A stretch of 64,000 bases of DNA from Ruminococcus sp. (GCA_045541275.1 JAZQIX010000014.1:32877-96876), one strand, 5' to 3'. Counted from the stretch's first letter, positions 18,561 through 27,998 are shown. The notes: generated by a model not told the origin, from the letters alone. Numbers and translations are program-made.

Positions 18561-20189
18561 ATGAAAACACAACTTCTCACAACTAAACAGGAGGATATAA
18601 AAACTGCCGCACAGATTCTCAAAGACGGCGGTCTTGTGGGTATGCCTACAGAAACTGTCTACGGACTTGCCGCCAATGCACTCTCAGGTGAAGCTGTAAG
18701 CGGTATTTTCAAAGCCAAGGGCAGACCCTCCGACAACCCTCTGATTGTGCATATAAGTGCCCTTGAGGATATAGAAAAATTCAAGCTTGTCAGCGATTTT
18801 CCGAAAAGTGCCCAGCTCCTTGCAGAGAACTTCTGGCCGGGACCTCTCACCATAATTATGCCAAAGGGAGATTGTATCCCCAAGGAAGTCACAGGAGACC
18901 TGAACTCCGTGGGAATCCGTCTGCCTGCACATAAGGGTGCAAGGGATTTAATCCGCGAGGCAGGTACTCCCCTTGCAGCACCCTCTGCAAACCTTTCGGG
19001 CAGTCCAAGTCCCACCACTGCTCTGCACGTAATGAACGATCTCGAAGGTAAAATCCAAGCTGTAGTTGACGGGGGCGAAAGTGACGTTGGACTTGAAAGC
19101 ACAGTTATTACTGTATGTACAAATCCTCCTATGGTGCTCCGCCCGGGTGGTATTACCCTTGAGGATTTGCGTGAGGTTTTAGGCGAGGTTGCACTCTCAG
19201 ATGCAGTCCTTGAAAAGCTCAAAGAAGGCGAAGAAGCCGCCTCTCCGGGTATGAAATACAAGCACTACTCCCCTAAGGCTAAGGTTTACCTTGTGCGAAG
19301 TACAGACACACAGTTCTACACCTTTTTGAATTCAAAGGACGCAAAAGAAACAGTAGCTTTGTGCTATAACGAAGATGTCCCCCATCTTAACACCCACACA
19401 CTGCCCTTAGGCGAAAAGCAGGACTATGGTACACAGGCACACAATCTTTTCTCCGCTCTCAGACATGCTGATGAGATAGAAAATGTAACCACTGTCTACG
19501 TCCGCTGTCCTGACACAAAAGGCTTAGGAATGGCACTTTTTAACCGTCTTATCCGTGCCGCAGGCTTTGAGATTATAAATCTTGAGGAAGAAAAAAGCTA
19601 CACTCTCATAGGACTTACAGGCCCTACAGGTGCGGGTAAAGGAGAAGTCAGCAAAATACTCACTGATGCAGGCTGTGCTGTTGTTGATGCAGACAAAATC
19701 GCCCACAAGGCACTCACAGTACCCGAATGTATAAGGAAGCTTACAGAAGCATTTTCTGAAGATATTCTGAATTCTGACGGCTCTGTAAACCGCAAAGTTC
19801 TTGCAAGCCACGCCTTTAAGGATGAAGAAAGCACAAAACTTCTCAACTCTATAACCCATCCTGTAATACTCAGCCTTGCAAAAGAAGAATTTGAGCGATT
19901 AAGTAAAGAGGGATTCAAAAACATAGTATTTGACGCACCTACACTCTTTGAGTCAGGAAGCCACAAACTCTGCGATATAATAATTGCAGTTGTCGCTCCC
20001 AAAGAACTGCGTCTTAAGAGAATCCTTGCCCGTGACGGCATTACAAAAGAGCAAGCTCTCTCCCGCATAAGTGCACAAAAAAACAATGAGTTTTACGCAG
20101 ACAGGGCAGACGCAGTTATTACAAATGACGGAAATCTTGAAAGCCTAAAAGCTCAGACAGAAGCTGTAATTACGGAGCTTTGCCTATGA
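18561..20189 (+). CDS. fusion protein: L-threonylcarbamoyladenylate synthase (Sua5/YwlC type) + dephospho-CoA kinase
   Basis: The N-terminal about 340 aa have YrdC/Sua5 motifs (TETVYGLAANA, KGRPSDNPLIVHI, SANLSGSPSPT). The C-terminal about 195 aa are CoaE-like (IGLTGPTGAGKG P-loop, VDADKIAH, ITHP, FDAPTLFESG). Confidence 0.8.
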   Translation: MKTQLLTTKQEDIKTAAQILKDGGLVGMPTETVYGLAANALSGEAVSGIFKAKGRPSDNPLIVHISALEDIEKFKLVSDFPKSAQLLAENFWPGPLTIIMPKGDCIPKEVTGDLNSVGIRLPAHKGARDLIREAGTPLAAPSANLSGSPSPTTALHVMNDLEGKIQAVVDGGESDVGLESTVITVCTNPPMVLRPGGITLEDLREVLGEVALSDAVLEKLKEGEEAASPGMKYKHYSPKAKVYLVRSTDTQFYTFLNSKDAKETVALCYNEDVPHLNTHTLPLGEKQDYGTQAHNLFSALRHADEIENVTTVYVRCPDTKGLGMALFNRLIRAAGFEIINLEEEKSYTLIGLTGPTGAGKGEVSKILTDAGCAVVDADKIAHKALTVPECIRKLTEAFSEDILNSDGSVNRKVLASHAFKDEESTKLLNSITHPVILSLAKEEFERLSKEGFKNIVFDAPTLFESGSHKLCDIIIAVVAPKELRLKRILARDGITKEQALSRISAQKNNEFYADRADAVITNDGNLESLKAQTEAVITELCL

Positions 20190-20788
20190 GTCAGAGACGC
20201 AGAAAAAAGAAAAAAGGATGCGGTTGCTCAGGACTTCTTGTTACCGCCCTTGCCTTTATACTCTTAGCCTGTATTCTAATTTTCACTGATGTGCTCACAG
20301 TCCTCAGGCAAAAAATCGAAATGCAGCTGTATCCTCTTAACTACAGAGAAGAAATTCTGAAAGCCTCAGAGGAATACAACTTAGAGCCTGAGTTCATCTG
20401 TGCAGTTATCCATACAGAAAGTGGGTTCAAATCAGATGCCCAGTCTGTGGCAGGTGCTCAGGGACTTATGCAGATTATGCCCGAGACCTTCCTCTGGCTT
20501 TGTGATTTAAAGGACGAGGACTACAGCCCTGAGGCTGTCTTCATTCCTGAGGTTTCCATTGACTACGGTTGCTTCTACCTCAGACGTCTTACAGACGCAT
20601 ACGGCGATGAATATACCGCCTGCGCCGCATATAACGCAGGAGGTGTTGTAGACAGCTGGCTCCAGAATCCTCAGTACAGCTCAGACGGCATAACCCTTTA
20701 CTCTATCCCCTACACTGAAACCTCACAGTATGTAGAAAAAATCCGACACGCAGAGCAGATGTATCAGAAGCTCTACTTCGATGTATAA
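20186..20788 (+). CDS. membrane-anchored lytic transglycosylase (SLT domain)
   Basis: ATGA overlap with the upstream stop. N-terminal basic stretch plus TM, then SLT motifs IHTESGF, GLMQIMPET and AYNAG. Confidence 0.75.
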   Translation: MSQRRRKKKKGCGCSGLLVTALAFILLACILIFTDVLTVLRQKIEMQLYPLNYREEILKASEEYNLEPEFICAVIHTESGFKSDAQSVAGAQGLMQIMPETFLWLCDLKDEDYSPEAVFIPEVSIDYGCFYLRRLTDAYGDEYTACAAYNAGGVVDSWLQNPQYSSDGITLYSIPYTETSQYVEKIRHAEQMYQKLYFDV

Positions 20789-20940
20789 CACCAACACCCT
20801 ACCTTGTGAGAGAGTAAAAAACAATTATCCGTAAATAATAACAATCATATTGAAAACTTTTTGCACTCGTGGTATGATTAAAATAGGAATTAATAGGGTG
20901 CACTTACCCTGTCCAATATATAAACAGGAGGAATAAATTT

Positions 20941-22338
20941 ATGTCAGACACAAATGCTGCAAAAGCAATGAAAGAACAGATATTAATGGACCCCAAGCCC
21001 GGCATCTCAAAGCTCAGCGAAGAGGAAATCAAATCCGCAGATGCATTCTGCGAAGGCTACAAGCCTTTCCTTGATTACTCACGTACAGAGCGTGATGCTG
21101 TAAAGTACTCTATTGAGCTTGCCGAGAAGGCAGGTTTTGTTGAGTTTAACCCCGAAAACACCTACAAAGCAGGCGACAGAGTATATGTCAACAACCGTGG
21201 CAAAGCTCTTATGCTGGCTGTAATCGGAAAACAGGGTGTTAAAAACGGTGCTCAGCTTGCAATCGCTCACATTGATTCCCCCAGAATTGACTTAAAGCCC
21301 AATCCTCTCTACGAGGCAAATGGTCTTGCTCTTTTCAAGACTCATTATTACGGCGGTATCCGCAAGTATCAGTGGCTTGCAATGCCTCTGGCTCTTCACG
21401 GTGTTGTATGTCTTAAGGACGGCACATCAGTAGATATCCGCTTTGGGGATGACGAGTCAGAGCCCTGCCTGTGCATTTCCGATCTTCTTCCCCACCTTGC
21501 TTACGAGCAGGTTGAAAAACCTCTTAAGAAAGCATTCAACGGTGAGGACCTGAATGTTATCGTTGGCTCTCGTCCTTTCTCAAACGATGACGAAGCTGAC
21601 CTTGTAAAGCTTAATGTTATGTATATCCTCAACAAAAAGTACGGCATTACCGAAGGTGACTTCCTCTCTTCAGAGCTGTGCCTTGTTCCCACCTACAAGA
21701 CCCGTGACGTTGGCTTTGACGGCGGACTTATGGGCGGTTACGGACACGATGACAGATGCTGCGCATACCCTGCTCTTATGGCTGCTATTGATGCAAAGGC
21801 ACCTGAAAAAACCGCAATCACAGTTCTCTGTGATAAGGAAGAAACAGGCTCAGACGGCAACACAGGTATGCAGAGCGACTACCTCCGTTACTTTATTTAT
21901 GACCTTGCAAAGATGGACGGCGTAGAAGGCTATCATGCACTCTCCAAGTCAAAGTGCCTCTCTGCAGACGTTAACGCTGCCTACGACCCCACATACGCAT
22001 CCTGCTTTGAAGCAAAGAACAGCTCCTACCTTAACGAAGGTGTTGTAATCAGCAAGTACACAGGTCACGGCGGTAAAGGCGGCACCTCCGATGCTTCTGC
22101 CGAGTATATGGGCGAAGTCAGAGCAATGCTTGAAAACAACAACATTCTCTGGCAGGTTGGCGAGCTTGGCAAGGTAGACCTTGGCGGTGGCGGCACCATT
22201 GCAAAGTACGTTGCAAATATGAACGTTGACGTTGTAGACCTTGGCGTTCCCGTGCTCTCTATGCATGCACCTTTTGAGATTATCTCCAAAATTGACATCT
22301 ACATGGCATACCGTGCATTTAGTGCTTTCTTTGAATAA
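20941..22338 (+). CDS. M18-family aminopeptidase
   Basis: 465 aa. HIDSPRIDLKP, GHDDRCC, DKEETGS and SMHAPFE are typical M18/M42-type metallopeptidase signatures. Confidence 0.75.
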   Translation: MSDTNAAKAMKEQILMDPKPGISKLSEEEIKSADAFCEGYKPFLDYSRTERDAVKYSIELAEKAGFVEFNPENTYKAGDRVYVNNRGKALMLAVIGKQGVKNGAQLAIAHIDSPRIDLKPNPLYEANGLALFKTHYYGGIRKYQWLAMPLALHGVVCLKDGTSVDIRFGDDESEPCLCISDLLPHLAYEQVEKPLKKAFNGEDLNVIVGSRPFSNDDEADLVKLNVMYILNKKYGITEGDFLSSELCLVPTYKTRDVGFDGGLMGGYGHDDRCCAYPALMAAIDAKAPEKTAITVLCDKEETGSDGNTGMQSDYLRYFIYDLAKMDGVEGYHALSKSKCLSADVNAAYDPTYASCFEAKNSSYLNEGVVISKYTGHGGKGGTSDASAEYMGEVRAMLENNNILWQVGELGKVDLGGGGTIAKYVANMNVDVVDLGVPVLSMHAPFEIISKIDIYMAYRAFSAFFE

Positions 22339-22360
22339 TCAATATTCTTACAATCTACTC

Positions 22361-22394
22361 AGGACTTCCAATGTTCGGAAGTCCTGTTTTTTTC
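22361..22394 (+). terminator. intrinsic terminator after aminopeptidase gene
   Basis: AGGACTTCC-AATGTT-CGGAAGTCCT followed by GTTTTTTT. Confidence 0.6.
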
Positions 22395-22469
22395 AATATA
22401 GTGAAGCACTCAATCAAGTACAACACGAAAAACAAATAAACTTTAAACACAAAAAACTGAAATTTCCTC

Positions 22470-22498
22470 TTGACATTCGCCCTCAAATGTAGTATTAT
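22470..22498 (+). promoter_or_regulatory. sigma-A-type promoter for tRNA-Pro
   Basis: TTGACA (22470-22475), 17 nt, TATTAT (22493-22498), about 20 nt upstream of the tRNA 5' end. Confidence 0.55.
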
Positions 22499-22519
22499 AT
22501 TCAAGTCGCAAAACGACAT

Positions 22520-22596
22520 CCGGGTGTAGCGCAGTTTGGTAGCGCGCTTGAATGGGGTTCAAGAGGCCGCAGGTTCGACTCCTGTCACTCGGACCA
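22520..22596 (+). tRNA. tRNA-Pro (anticodon GGG)
   Basis: Hand-folded cloverleaf. Acceptor CCGGGTG/CACTCGG (C1-G72), D arm GCGC-AGTTTGGTA-GCGC, anticodon arm CTTGA-AT GGG GT-TCAAG, T arm GCAGG-TTCGACT-CCTGT, discriminator A and encoded CCA. Confidence 0.9.
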
Positions 22597-22597
22597 T
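22549..22597. repeat. attL: 49-bp direct repeat (3' part of tRNA-Pro)
   Basis: tgaatggggttcaagaggccgcaggttcgactcctgtcactcggaccat is identical base-for-base to 57864-57912. The flanking bases differ on both sides. Confidence 0.9.
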
Positions 22598-22600
22598 CTA

Positions 22601-22647
22601 AAAGTCTTGAAAAACGCAGTGTTAATGCGGGTTTCAAGACTTTTTTA
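22601..22647 (+). terminator. island-borne intrinsic terminator now serving the tRNA
   Basis: AAAGTCTTGAAA...TTTCAAGACTTTTTT (12-bp stem, T-run), directly after attL. Confidence 0.5.
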
Positions 22648-22798
22648 TTTGCTAAAAAGGGTCTGAAAACAGACGTTTTCAGACCCTTCGGTGTAATATT
22701 GGTGTAACTGGAGCAAAAATCGCTCTTGACTTATTCCATAATATATGGTTATATTTAAGTATAGGTAATTCTGAATTTATGGAAAGTACGGTGAATAT

Positions 22799-25744
22799 AT
22801 GAGCGTAGAGTTTGAAAAAGCAGATATGATCGAAAAATTCAATATAATAACTGAGTGTTTAAAATTTCCAGATTCTCATTTTCGAGAGTTGAATATTTTC
22901 TTGAGCTACCTTTATGTAAGCACAGAACAAATGAAACCCTTTGGCTATTGGTATCACAATATGCCCGACAGAGCTTACAATAGCAATTATTCTCAAAGAG
23001 ACCTAAAAATCTTAATTCAAGATTTTCCTGAGATTCAAATTGATAGAACCTCTGCTGTTGAGATATGGGACTTTCTTGGTACACTTTCCATATACGTTTT
23101 TCTAACTATGTTTAGTGACAAATTAAAAATCTCTTTGGTTGATGTTGTTTGCTCCATTTTGGAGACAGCATATTCTTCAAGATATGCGGCAATTCTGAAT
23201 TTATATCTCGTGCTATATTGCGGAAACTGCGATTATGAGTGGTATATTTCTCTTTATGATAGGATAACCACTGAACTTGACAAAAAGAATAACATAGGCA
23301 ATCCACTTTCGGAGGAAAGTTATTCATATCTCTTTAATGCAATATATCACTCCTGTACTAATCTTACCCATGAAACAATTACGCCTGGAAATGCAATTGA
23401 GTTGTCAGATTTGATATGCAATATTGCTACCTCTAAAAAGCAAAGATTAGAGTTGTTCTATCAATACAAAGAGTTATCGAAGGATACTGAAAGTGATGAG
23501 CGATATATTTTGCTTGCAAAAGATGTAGCGGCATCTGATTTTATCATTGCACAAGATTCAATAGGCGAAGCAGAAATAGAATGCAATATGCTATTTGGAA
23601 GAGTTTTCAATAGACGAGCAAAAAGAATTTTTGTTGTTAACCCTTCGATTGAGCTAATTCGATTACTTAATCGAAAATGTAAAGAAGTAAATAACTACCG
23701 TGATAAGTTAGATCGAGAAACAGACAGGACACCTTTGCAAATTTATGTAGTTACTGATACTGACATAAAAGCAAAGTTGCTAAGAACAGAGTTTAAAAAT
23801 ATCATCTTTTTTTCTTATGACAAATTTTTAGGATTAAAATCTGTTGATTCAATATATTTCAGCGCTACCGACAAAAACACATTTAAGAAACTTAGCGATA
23901 TTTTGGATAAGATTGTCGGACTACAAAACGAAGAGTCTTTGTGTAGCATAGTTATTGGCGATACATCAAAAAAAGATCTATTGAATATGGCCGAGAAATA
24001 CAATCTTTGCATAACTCGAATTGATAGCATTCCCAGTGGAATTACCGATACCGATCCCAAAAAGAAGAGTGTTATTTATTTCATGATTAACAAGGTGCAA
24101 AACGAATCAATATCACTTCGAGAGTATTCCTTGTGTGAAAACGGAAGCAAAGAAATGATACTTAGTAAGGAAGTATTCGTTTCTAAAAGCGATTTGTTTT
24201 CAGACGCATCTTTTTCCAATTTGCTCAAAGAGCGATTTGTTAGATCACCTGTATATAACAAATCTTTGGAAATGATATTCTCAAACGAATTATCAATTTT
24301 CTATAAATGTTATTCTTATAGCGATAAAGCTGATTCATACAGAATTATAGCTTTTCTGAAAGAAAACATTAAAGAAGGCTCCAAAGCTAAATCCGGAAAA
24401 AAGATTAGTAGCTCCGAGAAAGAAAAAAGACTCCACTGCAAAGAATATGAATTATCAGGTTTAATAGAAAAATGGTTAATTCGTGAATATGTGTTGGATT
24501 CAAAAGTATGCGATGATGCAATCAGGTTAATTAAAGAAAAATCACCCCATAAATCCCCTATGTCTTTTAGAAGCTATTGGCTTATCAAGCGACATCTGCT
24601 TTATAAAACAGATGTGGAACTTCTTAACGCACTGGATGAATTGGCGTTTGAAAATCACATTGCAGGACTTATAGTTGGTGAAGCTTCAGGCAAGGATTTC
24701 GAAAATGCTATTTTGAAATATTTATCTCATGATAATTTCAACTTATACTTAGAAGCACTCGAAGAATTTTTTGAGTTTGCGAAAAGAGAGAAATTATATG
24801 AGATAAATCCTATAACAGAGATTTTTCATATTAAGAGAAAAGAAAAGGCTGATTTCGATTCAATAAGATCAGCTATGACTAAAAAGACTTTTTCGAGATA
24901 TGAAGAATCAAAATTAGTGAAACGATTGATAAACAAAGCTAATAGCGACCCGTATGAACTTGCTGTTTTACTTGAACTTTTCACGGGACTATCTGCAAAC
25001 GAAATTGCTGCGCTTAAAGTGAAGAATTTCGAAAAGCGTGGCAGTGGCGAGTGCTATCTAACTGTTTATAGTGCTTTAAAGAAAGAAAACGGAGAATGCA
25101 AACTGATTGTCCATAAAAAGAAAGAGAAACATAGAAGAACTCCTATTATTCCCCTTGTGGCAAAATTTTTTTGTACTGCAGATAAGGATAAAGAGGGTTT
25201 CTTGCTTACCAAGATAAATTCAAACGAACCATTAGATCCGTGGAAAATTTCTGAAACATTAAGAAAAGTCATTAAAGAAGAGTTGGATATCAAAGAAGAT
25301 TTAATCATATTGCCCGACAAAGACGGCAAAGGCAAAACGACTGATTTAAATGTATATTATGGAAATCTGTTAAGATCAAACTACCGATATCAACTGATAA
25401 ATATTTGTAAGATGGAAGAAATGGAGTGCGATTACTTACTTGGCAACCAAAGAAAAGCTGCATACGGTAAAAACTATTGTGACTTTTCAAACAAATTTAC
25501 TCAATTGAGGCTTTATAAGAAGCTTCTCAGATGGGAGGCGCATTATTTACAGATTGATCTTATCCCGGAGACAAAACGTATAAACGTAAGAGGTATTCAT
25601 CTTAGCAAAAAAGGAACCAGAGTCGCAATATCTGCTCAAATTAGCGTTAATGACACAACGCGTATATGCGTTACCAGTAAAGATGGAATTAGCGGAACTG
25701 TATATATAAAGCGAGGTGAGCAAAATGAAAACAAAGATTCCTGA
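22799..25744 (+). CDS. large (981 aa) protein with C-terminal degenerate tyrosine-recombinase-like domain
   Basis: The C-terminal about 300 aa keep the integrase layout, but several catalytic positions are altered: TGLSANE (Arg-I to Ser), HKKKEKHRRTPI (beta-hairpin Lys region), NLLRSNY (His-II to Asn, Arg-II kept), YLLGNQ (His-III to Asn), AAYGKNY (Tyr candidate). The N-terminal about 650 aa are unrecognised. Confidence 0.55.
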   Translation: MSVEFEKADMIEKFNIITECLKFPDSHFRELNIFLSYLYVSTEQMKPFGYWYHNMPDRAYNSNYSQRDLKILIQDFPEIQIDRTSAVEIWDFLGTLSIYVFLTMFSDKLKISLVDVVCSILETAYSSRYAAILNLYLVLYCGNCDYEWYISLYDRITTELDKKNNIGNPLSEESYSYLFNAIYHSCTNLTHETITPGNAIELSDLICNIATSKKQRLELFYQYKELSKDTESDERYILLAKDVAASDFIIAQDSIGEAEIECNMLFGRVFNRRAKRIFVVNPSIELIRLLNRKCKEVNNYRDKLDRETDRTPLQIYVVTDTDIKAKLLRTEFKNIIFFSYDKFLGLKSVDSIYFSATDKNTFKKLSDILDKIVGLQNEESLCSIVIGDTSKKDLLNMAEKYNLCITRIDSIPSGITDTDPKKKSVIYFMINKVQNESISLREYSLCENGSKEMILSKEVFVSKSDLFSDASFSNLLKERFVRSPVYNKSLEMIFSNELSIFYKCYSYSDKADSYRIIAFLKENIKEGSKAKSGKKISSSEKEKRLHCKEYELSGLIEKWLIREYVLDSKVCDDAIRLIKEKSPHKSPMSFRSYWLIKRHLLYKTDVELLNALDELAFENHIAGLIVGEASGKDFENAILKYLSHDNFNLYLEALEEFFEFAKREKLYEINPITEIFHIKRKEKADFDSIRSAMTKKTFSRYEESKLVKRLINKANSDPYELAVLLELFTGLSANEIAALKVKNFEKRGSGECYLTVYSALKKENGECKLIVHKKKEKHRRTPIIPLVAKFFCTADKDKEGFLLTKINSNEPLDPWKISETLRKVIKEELDIKEDLIILPDKDGKGKTTDLNVYYGNLLRSNYRYQLINICKMEEMECDYLLGNQRKAAYGKNYCDFSNKFTQLRLYKKLLRWEAHYLQIDLIPETKRINVRGIHLSKKGTRVAISAQISVNDTTRICVTSKDGISGTVYIKRGEQNENKDS

Positions 25745-27209
25745 AATTGATATATCCGAATATAATGGTAAAATAGGTAATCAAATGACCTTTCATTGTG
25801 TTGTGAAAGAGTATTATGATAAGGGTATATCCAAGGGTTGGCATGCAGATTCAACACATAGGAGCTATATTAACGACTATAATAAAGTTCTTTTTCCTAT
25901 CATTACAGATAAGGTTTCATTAGCAAATTTAAGCAAGGAGTATTTTGACGAGATTATAGATAAAATATCCGATAATTATTTTACTAGTGAACACAAACCA
26001 ATCTCAGAACCCAGGCGTCGACACTTTCGTCATCTTATTCGAAGAGTTGTTGAAACAGGTGCGCAAAATGGTATATGCGACGACTATCTTTGGGGTACAG
26101 TTTTTGCTCCGGATGAGGGCGATTCCATTGAGGGAGATGAACCGAACAAAGATAAATTGCAGATTATACAAAAATCTTTAACTCCTGTTCAAGAACTTAA
26201 AATATACAATCACATAATGATATCTCCTTTACAAACAGGACAGAAAATGGGACTTGCTATTATGTTCTGCAGCGGGGTCAGGAACGAGGAGGCATGCGGA
26301 CTAAACTTTGAAGATTTAATTGTAATTCCTAATCACAAGGGATGTTATTGCATAAGAATATTTAAAACAACTTATCAGTACTCAAATGAACTTAAAGGAA
26401 AAGGAAAGACTACAAATGCATATCGTATCTTGCCTGTTCCGAAAGCATTATCAGATTTAATTTTAGCCCGCAAAGAATACTTACAAAGTTTATTTGAAAA
26501 AGGCGAAATTAAAACACCTGTAGAAAAATTACCGATTGTGTGCGTTGGCAATGATTACGAAAACAGATGTATTGCCGATCATCTTACCTCTGCAGGTAGA
26601 CAACTATTCAAAGATATCGAGGTAGATGAAAAACTCGTTCGTTCTGCTGAGGAGGAACTTATTGATATTTTTACAGCGGCGATAGATATAGATGATGAAG
26701 TAGTTCTAAAAAAACAAGCCACAACGTATCTATTAAGGCGAAATTATGCTACCCACCTTCTTATCTTAGAATTAGATGATGTGGAGATTCACTATCTTAT
26801 GGGACATCAAATAGAAAATCGTTCTTTTAACAGAAATGATTTGAATAATCCCGATAAGTTATTTGCTATGTATAAGAAACTAAATCAACGACCTTTGGTG
26901 GGAACACCGGATTATGGTACTTGTATCATAGAAACCGTTGAAGATATCTCCATAAATATCAAATCGAAAACAAGCTTTGAATTTGATGTATGCGGTGAGG
27001 TCTACCTTCAATTAACCACCTCTGAGCCAAACGATAAAATATCAATAAGGTTTAACAAACCAGAAGATGTTCTTCTTGAAGGAACATACACTATTTTACC
27101 TGTTAATGAGGAATACACTAAAAACATAAGTGTACTTTCCGAGTATCATGCGGAGTATATAAAACTTGAAAGCAAGAAGGAATTATTACACTCCATAGAT
27201 GGAAAATAA
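25725..27209 (+). CDS. tyrosine-recombinase-like protein (about 494 aa), atypical
   Basis: ATG at 25725 after a GAGGTG RBS, overlapping the upstream gene by 20 nt. Motifs: CSGVRNEEACGL (Arg-I), GKGKTTNAYRILPV, TYLLRRNYATHL (Arg-II present, His-II to Tyr), YLMGHQ (His-III). The nucleophile Tyr is not confidently placed. Confidence 0.6.
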   Translation: MKTKIPEIDISEYNGKIGNQMTFHCVVKEYYDKGISKGWHADSTHRSYINDYNKVLFPIITDKVSLANLSKEYFDEIIDKISDNYFTSEHKPISEPRRRHFRHLIRRVVETGAQNGICDDYLWGTVFAPDEGDSIEGDEPNKDKLQIIQKSLTPVQELKIYNHIMISPLQTGQKMGLAIMFCSGVRNEEACGLNFEDLIVIPNHKGCYCIRIFKTTYQYSNELKGKGKTTNAYRILPVPKALSDLILARKEYLQSLFEKGEIKTPVEKLPIVCVGNDYENRCIADHLTSAGRQLFKDIEVDEKLVRSAEEELIDIFTAAIDIDDEVVLKKQATTYLLRRNYATHLLILELDDVEIHYLMGHQIENRSFNRNDLNNPDKLFAMYKKLNQRPLVGTPDYGTCIIETVEDISINIKSKTSFEFDVCGEVYLQLTTSEPNDKISIRFNKPEDVLLEGTYTILPVNEEYTKNISVLSEYHAEYIKLESKKELLHSIDGK

Positions 27210-27240
27210 TAAAACAATATTTATACATATCAGCAAGCAA

Positions 27241-27276
27241 AAAAGGAAGCAGAGTCTTTTGCCTCTGCTTCCTTTT
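27241..27276. terminator. bidirectional terminator between convergent genes
   Basis: AAAAGGAAGCAGAG-TCTTTTGC-CTCTGCTTCCTTTT. Confidence 0.55.
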
Positions 27277-27475
27277 ACTTATTATTATCTCTATCAATTG
27301 TTTCGTTTATTGCGCGCTTGATAAAAGCTGCAACACTTTCACCGGTTTTTTGGGCGTGATCCTGCACAGCTTTGTGTTCTTCGGGTTTAAGTCTGATTTT
27401 TACATCGCTGAACTGAGACAGATATTTCTTTGTTGCTCTGAGCTGAGAATCCGCAGTTTTGTTCTTATTTTCCAT
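27275..27475 (-). CDS. ribbon-helix-helix (CopG/Arc-like) small DNA-binding protein
   Basis: 66 aa from the ATG at 27475 (GAAGGA RBS). ...VKIRLKPEEHKAVQDHAQKTGESVAAFIKRAINETI fits a beta-strand plus two-helix RHH pattern. Confidence 0.55.
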   Translation of the reverse strand: MENKNKTADSQLRATKKYLSQFSDVKIRLKPEEHKAVQDHAQKTGESVAAFIKRAINETIDRDNNK

Positions 27476-27513
27476 ATAAAACAATCCTTCTAAAAAATTT
27501 TTAAAAAAAGGTA

Positions 27514-27542
27514 TTGACCTATGGGGTCATATATGTTATACT
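27514..27542 (+). promoter_or_regulatory. sigma-A-type promoter of xis-int leader, overlapped by a TGACC-N5-GGTCA palindrome
   Basis: TTGACC (27514-27519), 17 nt, TATACT (27537-27542). The inverted repeat TGACCTATGGGGTCA overlaps the -35 and spacer. The RHH gene is divergent from this promoter. Confidence 0.5.
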
Positions 27543-27707
27543 GTGGTTACAGAAATAAAAGTAGCAGCACACAGGAGCGGCAACTCCCATGTGCCTACGC
27601 AGGTGAATTCGGCACCGTGCATAACAGCAATCGCTGCACTACAAAGAAAGTATAACTTATTAACCTCTTTTTTGCAAGGGTTATTATATATTCTTTTTTA
27701 GTTCAGA

Positions 27708-27745
27708 GGCGCTATGCGGGTCCTTCCTGCATGGCGCTTTTTTTC
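27708..27745 (+). terminator. intrinsic terminator inside the xis-int leader (27 nt before xis)
   Basis: GGCGCTATGCGGG-TCCTTC-CTGCATGGCGC followed by TTTTTTT. Confidence 0.55.
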
Positions 27746-27771
27746 TGAATAAAAAAGAAAGGTGTGTTTAT

Positions 27772-27987
27772 ATGAAAAACACAGCAAAAGAAACTTTGAG
27801 TCCCTTTATGACAGTTGAGGATGTAAGATGTTATCTTAATCTCAGCACCTCGAAAGCCTACGCTCTGACACATCAGAAAGGCTTTCCCGTATGCCGTTTC
27901 GGTAGCAGTATCAGAATACCCAGAGATGCTTTTCTCCTTTGGGTACAGCAGATGTCCAGCATTCCTGAGAATCTGATTGTTGCGTAG
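27772..27987 (+). CDS. xis: excisionase-type helix-turn-helix protein
   Basis: MTVEDVRCYLNLSTSKAYALTHQKGFPVCRFGSSIRIPRDAFLLWV matches the MerR-like/excisionase HTH_17 pattern. It lies directly upstream of int. Confidence 0.65.
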   Translation: MKNTAKETLSPFMTVEDVRCYLNLSTSKAYALTHQKGFPVCRFGSSIRIPRDAFLLWVQQMSSIPENLIVA

Positions 27988-27998
27988 GAGGTGTTTAT

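Noticed and set aside
22657-22690. Second hairpin after attL (GGGTCTGAAAAC-AGAC-GTTTTCAGACCC).
   Set aside because: It is a real 12-bp stem, but the T-run is on the minus strand only and no minus-strand gene lies upstream of it. Its function is unclear, so it is not listed as a terminator.
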